This document shows, one piece after another, positions 11,901 to 23,574 of a stretch of DNA of 64,000 nt; the stretch's first letter is position 1; each line of letters begins with the position of its first letter. The stretch is from assembly GCA_030264375.1 (NCBI GenBank), contig JASCQW010000081.1, forward strand, positions 40,202,246 through 40,266,245. The letters run 5' to 3'. The position numbers and the translations under genes were made by a program. The notes beneath the pieces are model-generated. The model saw only the letters and a list, made by a program, of their open reading frames with translations, did not search any database and was not told the origin of the DNA. Origin of the DNA: Carcharhinus longimanus (taxonomy: Eukaryota).

Positions 11901-12869
11901 GCAGCAAAACTGCTGGTTCAATTGTATAATATGGGTCACTTCTACTGATCATCAATACTTGAATCGGGGACAAGTTTCTATTGGTTTTGAGCTGGTGTGT
12001 AAGGTGGGTGAGAAGGAGTCTTCCAGCATAGTTTTACACCTCTTTACATCATAATCCCGATCAGTCAATCCACACAATGGCCTATGCGTGGAGAGCAAGG
12101 CAACCTGTTCACCTGTTCTAGGTGTCATGTGTTCATAACTCAGGTCACAAGAACCAGGTATCTGCGGGTATTTTGCCCTTTTGGCAATTTAAAGCCATCT
12201 TCAGCTTTCAAATCATGTTCATCAGAGAATACATGAAAATGAACTGGTTGCATATTTTAGCAGGGGAATGAAATATCAGTGTCAATCTTTCCCCAGTGTC
12301 TTTGAGCATCCAATGTGCAGGGCCACTGATAGAATCCTGTTTTTACATTGGAGTGAGGTTTCAGAAGTGGAAAAAGAAAATGCAGTATTTTTCATTGTAA
12401 ATTCAATTCTGGAATGGATAAAAAGTTATGAAACGCTACTTTAAAAAAATGTTTTTAATCAATGCCACAATGTCCTATTAATGTAACAAAACAATTATAA
12501 TAGTTTCTGCAACTCTGCTATTTATATACTACCTTATTATGTTGAAATAGTTAAGAGTGTTTTACATGGTAAATTACTTTAAACCCTGCCTTATTTCAGT
12601 AAATGATGTCCCACCATCAGTAATGAGATGAAAATTCTCTCTATTTCAGGGAAGAACAGCATCTGATCTTTCAATTAGGCACTTCATAGCCTCCTGGACT
12701 TAACACCGAGTTCAACCATAATTCACCCCATTCCCATCAAATTATTTATAACATTTATTTTCATTTCTTCTATTGTTTCATTTTTCAATTTTTAAAAAAA
12801 ACCCACTTTCCATCCTTTTTTCCCCTGACCAATATCTCCCCAATTTTCTAAATGGGGAAATAATTTAAA

Positions 12870-13585
12870 AAACAGAAACACAAAGGGACTTGAGGGTCCT
12901 TGTTCAGGATTCTCTTAAGATTCACGCACAGGTTCAGTTGGCAGTTAGGAAGACAAATGCAATGTTAGCATTCATGTCGAGAGGGCTAGAACACAAGCAC
13001 AGGTTTGCACTTCAGAGGCTGTACAAGGCTCTGGACAGACCCCACTTGAAGCACTGTGAGCAGTCCTGGGCCCCGTATCTAAGGAAGGATGTACTGGCCT
13101 TGGAAAAGGTCCAGAGCAGGTTCACAAGAATGATCTCTGGAATGAAGAGCTTGTCGTATGTAGAACGTTTGAGGACTCTGGGTCTGTGCTTGTTGGAGTT
13201 TAGAAGGATGAGGGGGGATCTCATTGAAACTTACAGGATATTGCGAAGCCTGGATAGGGTGGACGTGGAGAGGATGTTTCCACTCAAATGAAAAACTAGA
13301 ACCAGAGGGCATAACATCAAGCAAAAGGGACAATCCTTTAGAACAGAGATGAGAAGGAATTTCTTCAGCCAGAGAGTGGTGAATCTGTCAAACTCTTTGC
13401 TGCAGAAGTCTGTGGAAGTGGGTCATTGACTGTCTTCAAGACAGAGATAAATAGATTCTTGATTAATAAGGGGATAATAATGGCGAAAAAGAATGGGTAT
13501 GAGAAAAATATCAGCCATGATTAAATGGCAGAGCAGACTCGATGGGTTACGTGGCTTAATTCTGCCCCCAATGTCTTTTGGTCTT
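12870..13585 (+). mobile_element. CR1 (HER1-like) LINE, 5'-truncated 3' end, relatively young
   Basis: ORF 12890-13291 LYKALDRPHLKHCEQSWAPYLRKDVLALEKVQSRFTRMI..RMRGDLIETYRIL is a CR1 ORF2 C-terminus, followed by a CR1-type 3' UTR. Confidence 0.92.
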
Positions 13586-13589
13586 ATGG

Positions 13590-14196
13590 TTCCAATGGCT
13601 CTCTCCATTGATACATGGCATCCGCAGAGCATTCTGAGTTGAGTGGCTCCCTGTGCCATTGCAAAGTGACTACCCTGGCAAAGCTATATGTTGCTTTTCC
13701 TGCTATTCTCCACTTAGTAAAAAGTCTGACAACACCAGGTTTTAGTCCAACCTATTTATTTGATAATATTCTCACAAGCTTTCGGGTTAGACCCTCCACT
13801 TAGACAGAAGGCAATGGTGTCCCTTTTCCTTGCATACAGGGCTTGATTACCCAGCTGATGTAATGATGTATGGCAAACTGAGAAACGTTAGCTCCAGACT
13901 GAAGAATCCTGAGGTGTCAGAATTGAGGGCAACAGTGAAGGCCACTGACAACACCATCATCACCATGTAGGTGCAGGTCTGGTTAGAGGAAGTGGCACAT
14001 TCAATAACTGTTTCCTTAGTGTACAGCATCTTCTGCAGACACTGCTACTGGCTGAGATAGAGGTAGGAGAAGTATTTTCTGAAGACCTAACTGGACACGG
14101 CCTCCTGTTGGCAGCCCTCCTTCTTTGCTCCAACTCCATTCATGCTACAACTCAAGAGGGTTAAGAAGCCCTCATAAGGGCATTAATCACCCCCAT
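13590..14196 (-). pseudogene. PIF/Harbinger (HARBI1-like) transposase relic, N-terminal part
   Basis: With frameshifts: RRPCPVR/VFRKYFSYLYLSQ*QCLQKMLYTKETVIE..LSVAFTVALNSDTSGF..SQFAIHHYISWV..LYARKRDTIAF..SFARVV..MAQGA, resembling Harbinger VALNFYASGSFQ and FARIAGFPxVQGAID segments. Confidence 0.8.
13718..13793 (-). mobile_element. Penelope-like terminal fragment with 10-bp target-site duplication
   Basis: Flanked by ctccacttag at 13708-13717 and 13794-13803; minus strand reads ggg-tctaa-ccc-GAAA-gctt, the 3' half of a hammerhead. Confidence 0.75.
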
Positions 14197-14599
14197 AACA
14201 GAACAAGTTTTTGGCTCAAAGGCCTTTAAAATCCAGTCCACTCCTTGCACAGGTCCAGCATCACTGCCAAGTTGGTGAACTTGTGAGAGTTCCTCCAACA
14301 AAACAGTATCTGCACTACAAGAACAAAAGAAAGGAAAAAGCACTTCACGCCTAATTCCCATGATGATGTTTTTAATTAATGGTAGTGGGAAGTTTCCGTA
14401 TGCAACTGAACGCATCTACTCGTTGATTGCACGGATGGGTTTCGACCCTCTGGTGGAGAAGAGGATTGCCTTCCTTTGATCCAGGGCAATTGGGTTACCT
14501 GCACAATATAACTGGAACCTCTGCAAACCAGTTGTTTGATGCCAAATTTCAAGAGATCCATTTCAAGAGGAGGATGATATCAGGATGCAAAAACTAAAT

Positions 14600-15620
14600 C
14601 CAATTGGTTAGCATTAAGGAACATAAGGCAAAGTCTTACTGTACGAAGGGACTCAACTGCTCAACATTGGAATGGAGTTTGAGAAACAGATATGCTGCCA
14701 GCATAGAGGTATAGTGCAAAAGTAACAGGATCATAATATTGGGTAACTTTATATATCCAAAAATAGACTGAGGTGATGTAGAGTATTCTAAGTGTTGCAT
14801 AAAATGAGAGGTTAAATGGCATGCCCATCAGTATGTTTTTAGTCCAACAAGGAAGTATGGAGACTAAAATAGAAATTAAAAGGGGTGAATTTATATTTCA
14901 GGGTAAGGAAATAAGAAACAGTATCACAACGTAATAAGACTTGATATAAAATCTTAAATCAAGAGGAGTCAAAGTTGAAAGTATTTGACAGAAAATACCT
15001 ACTTCCAATAAAATAACAAGGGAACTAGCCCAGATAAATTTGAAGGAAAAAATAGGCAGCATGCGCCAACAGTAGAAAGCAAAAACATTTACTGTCCAGA
15101 ATTCAGCTCATCACATTTCCATCACTTACATTTAACTTCCCTTGCTTTCTCCCACATTCTTATTTTTCTTTATCATACATTTATCCACTTCCCCTTTAAA
15201 TAGCTTCTATGTCAATCGTTACATTTTGTAAAGCATTTATGTCCTAAGAACTCTACAAAAAGTAAATCTCCTAACCTCTCCATTCATTCCATTGGTTTTG
15301 ATCTTAAATTTATGCCATCTGGATAGTGAGAATTGGATAATTATCTGAAGGGAAAAGAATCTGCAGGGCTATTGCAGACAGAGGTGTGGGACTCAAGGAG
15401 TTCCTCCACAGAGAGCTGGCATGGATGCTACAAGCAAATAGCCACTTGCTTTACTCTAAGTATTCCATGATTAAGCCCCATTGCTTGTAACACCTCAATA
15501 AATCTCTTCTGTACTCTCACCTTCATTAATACCATTCTTTACGTTTGATGTCCAAAACTGGGCACTCTATGGCAACTGTGGCGTATTTAATAATTTGAAT
15601 AGGTTTTAGCATTACAGTTT
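14600..15620. mobile_element. Highly decayed CR1 fragments, mixed orientation
   Basis: ataatattgggtaactttatatatccaaaaatagactg resembles IILGDFNYPxIDW; CR1 tail-like pieces at 15130-15470. Confidence 0.45.
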
Positions 15621-15689
15621 TAATCAATTTGTAATCAATGTTGCTACTTATAAAACTTACCATATCATTTTTTTTAATACATTTATTGG

Positions 15690-16890
15690 TATGGATTTTG
15701 TGGTTAGCAGCAAAGGAATGTCACTCACTGTTCATTACACCTACACATCCCACAAATCTTGCAGGTTTTTGAGTGACAGCTTATTAGTCCAGGTCTTTTG
15801 TTCCATGAGGAATGTACTCTGGAAGTACCTCAGAAGATGCATTGGGGACCCCTTGGAAGTACCCATGTAAGGTCTACAAGGAAATTGCCCGGGATTTTTC
15901 AACTTCCAGTGGACAATTGCTGAGTCTGGAACCATATAGATGACTTTGAATGATTCTGACTTACTTAGCAGAATAGCTACCCAGGAAAAAGTTAAAAGGA
16001 TTCAGACCAATTCTAACTCCTTGATAACTAATGATCCCCTCTACTGGACCTCCCTGACTACTTCCCCTGACTTTCCCCATGACTAACCCCCTACTGCTGA
16101 CCACCTGACTGCCCACTGCCCTCCCAACCACCCACGCCACCTCCCTCCCCATTTACTATAATCCCACCCCTGACTTCCATCACTACATGACCAAACACTC
16201 CCTGACTTTAATCTGGAGCTCCACATTTCTTGCCCAAACTTCTCAACCAGGCCTCTTTACAAATGTGGAGCACAACTGTTTCTGGAGGCCTTCAGTGCAA
16301 GGCAGGGTGATAAGGGGATATGAAATTATCTGTCATAAACTGAGAAGTTTAAATGCACCAGCACTTTGACAAGTCAGGACAGAGGAGGCAAATGGCTGAG
16401 GGAGCAGGGTCATCTGACCCCTTTTGATCACCCAACCCTCTGCAGCCTCCAATTATCCTCCAACATTCCTCTCAACCCTCTATTCCGACAACCATGGCCT
16501 GACACCTCAACTTCCCCCTAACCCCACAAGTATCAACACCCTCCTGACCACTGGCCCCCAACTACCCCCTGCACCCTACAACCACCCAACTGCATCCGAC
16601 GATCTCCCGACTCCCAACAGCCCCTGACTAACCCTCTGACTCCATGACTAACCTTCCAACCACCCAAACTCCCTCCAATCACTCCCCATCTAACACTACC
16701 CTTCACACCCCCAAATAACCTCCTGAACCCTCAACATCACCATGACTAACCACCTGACCCCACAACAATACCCCCAACCCAAAAACTATTCCCCACCTCA
16801 CTCTGCAGAAGATACAACCTATTGTATTTAGAGATTCTTTTTCAGCATTCACCTTGTATCAAAGATCTGTGACGAACATGCGCAGGGTAT
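15690..16890. mobile_element. Degenerate non-autonomous DNA-element-like region with C-rich low-complexity core
   Basis: Starts ggtatggattttg (TIR-like); cccctgac/cccaac-type decayed tandem units at 16030-16800. Confidence 0.4.
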
Positions 16891-16900
16891 GAAACAGCAC

Positions 16901-17393
16901 GGCTGGAATTCTCCCAAAAAAATTCTAAGTGTCGATTTCACATAAAAACTGGAGTAGGTCATGCTGTTTTTCTCAGTGAGAGTTCAGAGAAGAATCTCCC
17001 ACACTCTATGCACTAGAGAGGTCACCAGCCTGAATATCATTAAATTTCAGAGGGTGCAGCCTATTTCTGCTGGAGAGGCTGAAATCAGTGAGCTGAGCGG
17101 ACCACTGCGCGTGCACTGATCTGTCAGTGCCAGGATTGGAACATGCCCCACACTGACGGTCTTCTGATTGTTGGCCAGCTCTGCGACCCCACAGGCCGGT
17201 TCTCCGCCCTGCCCCCTATGGCCCAATCGCTGGCCTCCCAACCATTCCCAGGCCCAACACTGACCCCTGCACCATCCTGGCCTGCTACAATCTCCAGCAA
17301 CCCAGCCCCAAGCCCGACCCCTCCCAGCCTGTCCCGATCACTGGTCTTCCTCCTTCCCCCACAATTCAAATGCAGAGTGGCAATGGAATCTGC
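16901..17393. mobile_element. MITE / non-autonomous Harbinger-like element, truncated by gap
   Basis: Begins ggctggaattctcccaaaaaaattctaagtg, similar to 56808 ggccgggattctcctgagaaatatctaagtg. Confidence 0.65.
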
Positions 17394-17493
17394 NNNNNNN
17401 NNNNNNNNNNNNNNNNNNNNNNNNNNNNNNNNNNNNNNNNNNNNNNNNNNNNNNNNNNNNNNNNNNNNNNNNNNNNNNNNNNNNNNNNNNNNN
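17394..17493. other. Assembly gap (100 N)
   Basis: N run. Confidence 1.
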
Positions 17494-17565
17494 AAGGTCC
17501 AGAGCAGGTTCACAAGAATGATCTCTGGAATGAAGAGCTTGTCGTATGAGGAACAGTTGAGGACT
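17494..17565 (+). mobile_element. CR1 ORF2 fragment
   Basis: KVQSRFTRMISGMKSLSYEEQLRT; near-identical to 13106-13177. Confidence 0.85.
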
Positions 17566-17599
17566 ATGTTACCTGTTTCAGGTTGTCCACTGACACACT

Positions 17600-17902
17600 G
17601 GTTACTTTTGTTCTTCCATTTACACTTGCTGATTTCTTAATATGCCGCTATCAGCACTCGTGTTAACCACGATCAGCACCATCAACATTCCCTTTGTCTT
17701 TTTGTCTAAGACATCTTTGTCAATCTCTCTTGCCTCCACCACTCACTAGCCCTCTATCCAGCTCCACAGCTTCCTGCCTCCTCACCATTTCAATTGTCTT
17801 CAGCTCTGATGAAGAGTCATCCAGACTCGAAACGTCAGCTCTCTTCACTCTCCATAGATGCTGTCGGACCTGCTGGGATTTTCCAGCACTTTTTATTTAT
17901 GT
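17600..17902 (+). mobile_element. Penelope-like element terminal (pseudo-LTR) fragment
   Basis: Pyrimidine-rich leader, then hammerhead, then ctccatagatgctgtcggacctgctgggattttccagcact arm shared with the fold-back repeats. Confidence 0.7.
17802..17840 (+). ncRNA. Minimal type I hammerhead ribozyme
   Basis: Stem I AGCT, CTGATGA core, extra A, stem II GAGTC/atcca/GACTC, GAAAC, GTC cleavage triplet, stem I' AGCT; palindromic ACGT in place of stem III. Confidence 0.8.
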
Positions 17903-18242
17903 TGCAATGGAAGAACTACTTGCTCTTCTTCAAATAACACTAGGGGATTTTTTGTTTCAAAAGGAATGACTGTTTACTATTTTAGAGACACTGAGGCCAC
18001 AATCTTCTAATTTTCAAATCAGACTAGTTTTTAATTTTAGGGTAAACTACATGGATCGTGGATATCAAAAATTACCATGTCATTCAGCTTTCAAGTAGGA
18101 AACTATAAAGAGTTTGTGAGAGCCATCCGTCCTGTCTGAGAACATGTTCTACACATCCAATTTAAGCTAGAGGTGGAATCCAATGAAATACAGTGCCTTA
18201 GACTCATAAGATTTTGAAAAATTTAATCTTAGTCACTAATAA

Positions 18243-18482
18243 AGTTACTGTGAAAATCTCTTTATCACTAGACTCCGGTGCCTGTTCGGGTACACTGAGG
18301 GAAAATTTAGCATAGCCAATTCACCTAACCTGTCGGAGGAAACCGCAGCACCTGGAGGAAACCCACGCAGCCATGGAGGAAATGTGCAGACTCTGCAGAG
18401 ACAGTGGCCCAATCCGGGAATTGAACTCAGGTCCCTGGTGCTATGAGTCAGCAGTGTTAACCACTGTGCCACCATGCCACCC
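18243..18482 (-). mobile_element. V-SINE (type B tail), internally deleted
   Basis: Reverse head ccactgtgccaccatgccaccc, V-domain, tail gttactgtgaaaatc. Confidence 0.85.
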
Positions 18483-21039
18483 AGAAAGGTGCAGAGAGTT
18501 GGTATTGGTGATCAAAGGATAACTGCAGAGCAGACATAAATGATCATTCTATGTTTTAGTCTTTCCATTTGTTACGTCTGTGGAAAAGTCAACATAACTG
18601 TCCACTTAAAATTGAGCTAAACGATTTCTGTTCTTCCAGCAATGTTCCCCAAATAAGTCAAAAACGCATCAAAATGAAAGTGAATTGCAAAGTTGTCTAA
18701 TAATTTCTGCTTACACATGAAACCCATCTTTCTGATTCAATTTTATCTGTTGCTTTTTTCAATGTAACCCGCTGTACTGTTCTACCACCTAAATTCATTT
18801 TTTTTATTGCAGTATCTGCTTCTGATTTCCTCAAGTTGGAAGAATTTTTTAAAAAATATAATCAATAAATTGCACTTAGGAGAAACCTCGTTGTGCTGGG
18901 TTATGCAGTTCATTCATCCTCACAAAAAAAGCGAGCAATTTATTCAAGGGAATCACAGAATTGAACAAAGGAGAAATATTTTTCAAAAACCTTTTTTTAC
19001 GCTAGTGTTCGTCTTTGGTAAAAGAAATGCTCTGGAATCAGTCAATTTCTCTCTTTTGCCCTTGTGGATTCTATTCAGATTGTGCATAGGTGAGAGAATG
19101 AGTACATATCCCACTGTAGCTTGATGATTCGCCACTTGGAGGTGCATAAATGTTACCCGCACTTCTACCAATTCCACAGCTCTCTCCTAACAGATTTCAA
19201 CTTTTTCAAAATCTAGCAGTGAAGCTTTGCTCCATACTCAGCCTCGGTCACCTCTCACCTGTCGTCAACTCCCAATATTTCCATATTCTGCAACAGCCAT
19301 AACTCCTCGTTGCTCAGCCCAGCTCCAAAAAGATTCACAAAACTTCAATCTGGTTGATTGTTCAACATGTGTTAAGAGTAACAAGCTGCTGGGTGGTATG
19401 ATAGAATTCGTCCTCACGGCTCAGTGCATCCACATCTGAGATGGGCTGCCCAAGGCACATCTTACCTATGATTGATCCTACACAACCCGAATTGGTCACA
19501 AGATTGGGTGAGGGACCCACAGACATTGACAACATGTCACTATATGGAAGCAGTCAAATTAGCTACTTTTTCCTGATATGCTGGTTGAGAAATCTGCCAA
19601 TGGGATCTCTACTACAAACACCACAAATAATACGCATTGGAATTCCTGCAGTTCCACACGCTATATGATTAGTCTTATTGACATCCTTGTAAATGGGGCC
19701 CAAGCCATTAGCTCACCATTAAAGATTGATGCTGAAATAAGGCACTGAACCGAGAAATACCACTTTTTATTATGCCCACCCCAGGCATCTCCACATCATG
19801 CTGTAAGATAATGACTATCCTGATTACATCACTGCTTACTGTATATTGTGCCAACATATGAATGGGCCCAAGGCCGCTACATTTGGTCATGAAAATGGCC
19901 CAGTTCACCAAAATTTTGAGTAACAGGTTTCACACAGCTACTATGCAGTAGCAACATAAGTGATATTGTCCACCAACAGAATACTGCTTTCAAGCTAAAA
20001 AGGTGTTCTGTCTATCACACAAATGAATGTGGTATATGAATTTCAGTGCTGGTGTGTTGCCATGATAGTAACACCATGTCCCTTCAATTGTTTGCAACTG
20101 GCAAATTACTGACCCCAACCAATGAGACCCCATGCTTGCTAAATTCAAAACATCATGTCCAACATTGGGTGTAATTCTGTGATTGGACAACACATTTTAA
20201 GCAATCCTGATTTTGCTAAGAATTACACTGACAACCAATTTAAGACTTTTAGTAGGACTTGGGGTGTGGCACAATTATGCATGCTAGGAGCTATATATAT
20301 ATATTCACAAAAAGGGCCCTGCCATTTGTAGGCAAAAGGAGCATGTCCACATATTGCACCTTTTTCAATTAAATAAAAACTTGGGGGACAGCCATTCCTT
20401 GATTTATTCCCCAGAGCAATGCCTTGAACAATCAATGTCAATCTGTCTGCTTTGAATGTAAACAAAAGCTTGGCAGTTAACTGTTGCCTGCTGCATTCTC
20501 CATGGCAAAACCTCAATCAGAGTCCACTTGCCAATCAATCAGCACTCCCTTCTCATGCAGTGTAAATTGTTGTTCCATTTACAACTGGTATTCTTGCAAA
20601 TCTGATTCGATGAGTGTGAGATGAAACATTTCAACAGAATGTTTCTTTTTTCAGCAATACGCAATTCAGCTTCAATTCCAGAGCATGCGGCCTGGACAGC
20701 TGAAGGCTTTGTTAATATTGCAGGCAATGGTGGTGCACAAGAGGCCAGTGACAGAGGACCAGCACATTCTGGAGCTGGCATAGGGTTGGAGAAAAAATTC
20801 TAGGGATCAAGATGGCAATTTGAGGCATTGGGAAACTGAAAACTAAGGTAAATCTCTGAGGAAAGGGGTGAGACTTGTGAAAGTTAGGATAAAAGAATTT
20901 CAATGATCTACAGTGTACAGAAGTGGAGAATGAGAGGTTGGCCAAGAAAACATTAAAATTAACGATAATAGCATTGCCAAGGGATCCAGCACTGGGTGGC
21001 CTTAGGTAGAAATGGAACAGGCAATGTCATGTAGGTTGT

Positions 21040-21440
21040 TTGGCAAAGTTGGGACTGTCTTTCTTGGAGAGGAGAAAGTTGAGAACAGATTTAATAAAGG
21101 GATTTTATAAAGAGTCTGGACAGAACAGATAACGAGAACCATAGATGGGAAGATCAAGAATCAGAAAACATAGATTTAATTAACTGGCAAAAGAAGCATT
21201 AGCAACATGGGGAAAAGCTTTCCTGTGCAGCAAGGTGTGATCTGGAAGACACAACTTGTAAGTGTGGTGGAGACAAGATTCAATTAGGATATTCAAGAAG
21301 ATATTGGATTATTATCCAAAAAAGGAGAATGCGCAGACTTACAGAGAAAAGGGAAGGGATTGCTATTTCAGACAGCAAAAACAGACATGAATGGTCAAAT
21401 GGCCATCTTCTGTGTCTTCTACAGTCATTCTACGATTCTA
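21040..21440 (+). mobile_element. Degenerate CR1 3' end
   Basis: gttgggactgtctttcttggagaggagaaagttgag ... caaatggccatcttctgtg...cattctacgattcta tail. Confidence 0.7.
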
Positions 21441-21685
21441 CGTCACAATGGACAGCCATTAATGAGAGTTTAGTTTGAAGTCAGATAGCATGCGGAGGCT
21501 ACTAGCAAGGATACTGAGGGCCAAAAATAATTGCGTTGTTCCTTCCAAATATTTAGCTAAAGAAAATGCAGTTCGGCTACCACTGAGTTCCTGACAAGCA
21601 GTCCAATAGCACGGCAGCAGCAGACAGATTGACAGAAGCGGGCGAGTTGAGTTTCATTTGTGGACGTATGAAAGTAGACCCCATT

Positions 21686-21742
21686 ACAGGGCATAATTTT
21701 AATTCACTCATTCACTTACACAGAATTAAAATCAGGTCCTGT
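21686..21742. mobile_element. Very short MITE-like inverted repeat
   Basis: Arms acagggcataattttaattc / gaattaaaatcaggtcctgt. Confidence 0.5.
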
Positions 21743-21769
21743 GCCTGCAAAATGAGGCTTTTAGAGTTG

Positions 21770-21843
21770 CTCTTGAAGAAAGCTGGCACTGCTGTGATGG
21801 GCTGAATGGTGTCCTTGTCTGATGTAATCATTCTACGATTCTA
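21770..21843 (+). mobile_element. CR1 3' tail fragment
   Basis: agctggcac...gatgggctgaatgg...tgtaatcattctacgattcta. Confidence 0.65.
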
Positions 21844-22301
21844 GGATTTCTGAAATCAAGACTTGCTTCATGCTCGACAAGAATTGGTTTTGTTTCTTTT
21901 ACCTGGAGCATCACAAAAAGATTTTGTTTCCAGATAGATATTATAGCTGTTATATCATTCGGTTCTGAAAACACAGACAGGCTTACAGAGGCACTTTGCT
22001 AAGCTTCAGAAGACCACATTGAGAAGTAATTTTTTTTACACTTTGGCAGTAAATTGCAAACTGACGTGTGGCAAATGGACATAAACCTTTGCAGCTGATG
22101 TTATGTCAACAATGAAAGCTGTAAAAACTCAATTTGGGTATTTTTGTTTGGAGATTACATTGTTAATTTTGTTTTTAAAAATTACCAAATAAAATTACTC
22201 CTTAAAAGAGGGAGAAGAATGACAAAGAAAATGTTTCTTTCTCCTGGTTCATACTGCTTGCATTTTTCTTTCTTTTTTTAAAAAATATACAATGCTGTGC
22301 A

Positions 22302-22320
22302 AGTGCTCCCTCTGGTACCA
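22302..22320 (-). promoter_or_regulatory. CTCF-like motif
   Basis: Minus strand TGGTACCAGAGGGAGCACT resembles the CTCF core; motif match only. Confidence 0.35.
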
Positions 22321-23574
22321 AGCTGTGTTGGGGGTTGGGAAAGGGGGTCAAACTACAAGCTCACTTTTGGTAACATTCCCAGAACATATGGGAAGATATG
22401 GCTCCACAAAGCTACGTGAAACAGATGTTTAAAGAACTAATGCTAACAGACCAAAAAACGTGCAAATAGAATCTAAGGAACTGTACACAATAAATCCAGT
22501 CCCAGGGTCTTTCTGCAGTGCCATGAGAGTGCCTCAGAGACATGTAGCATCGCTTGGAAAAATAGCAACATCCGTTCACTCTGCTCTGCTGTACTCAGTT
22601 GAAATATGCACAATGTCCCATTATTATTGAATCATTATCTGGCTATAGCTCTGACAGAAGCATCATATGGGCTATGAAAGACTCCTTTCTTTTCATGATT
22701 AGCCTTTAAAACATTTCCTCATGTTACAGTCCTTTACAGCCTCCCAGAATGCGCTGCTAAATTACAGTGCTGAAATTAACTGTATGCCGTTGTGATTTTA
22801 TGATAAATAAAGGGGAATTGAGCCAGTCTGACCCAGTACGCGTTTAACCCTTCACTGAACATTTAAGTATAAAGCGTAGCGACGCAGAGAAACTTTAAGA
22901 AACCATTGCCTTGGATGAAAAAAAGGATTCCAGATGTTTGTTAATAAGTAATTAACACATATATAACTTAAAAAATATTCCAACCCTTGCAATCATGAAA
23001 ACTATTCCTTTATTTGCACACTTTGTGCCTTTTGTTGCCAAACTAATTCTAGCTTCCATCATCAACCTGCAACACAAACATTCTAGCACATCTGCAGACT
23101 TTTGATGGGTTGCAAAAGATAATCAAATTTTACCCCAGGTGTCATCTGGATGAGTGAAATATAGAACTCGCAACATATGCTATATCTTGACCCCACAAAA
23201 AAATGGAAGTGATCTTTCATGATTGGAAGAAATTTGATAGAGGAACGCAATTACCTCCACCATTTCCTGCTTCCTTTCCAGCCCAAGCATGTCCTTTTCC
23301 AGTCACTTCCCTTCATGGTTTCACACTTTCCCCAGTCATGCCCCTTCCCAGCCACGCTCCTCCTGGTTTTCCTCTTTTCCAACGTTTGCACATGTGTTTA
23401 AATTATTTAAGAATATTCTTGAAACCAATATTTTTCCAGCCACTTTGTAATGCTTATGAAGAATTTCTTCTAAAAGCATCTCAAGTGGAGCATTTCATAT
23501 TTGAGCTTCCATAAAATAAAGGAAGACATCACAGAGAGTCCTGTAGGGCCCAGATCTTTCCAGGCCTTTTTTAA

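Noticed and set aside
11596-12054. 152-aa ORF
   Set aside because: Non-ATG start, no recognisable domain, no convincing splice signals; consistent with chance.
13590-14196. Domesticated HARBI1 gene
   Set aside because: Stops, frameshifts, an insertion and truncation mark it as a dead transposon copy.
16424-17640. Pro/Thr-rich ORFs
   Set aside because: C-rich low-complexity repeat interior and read-through of an N gap.
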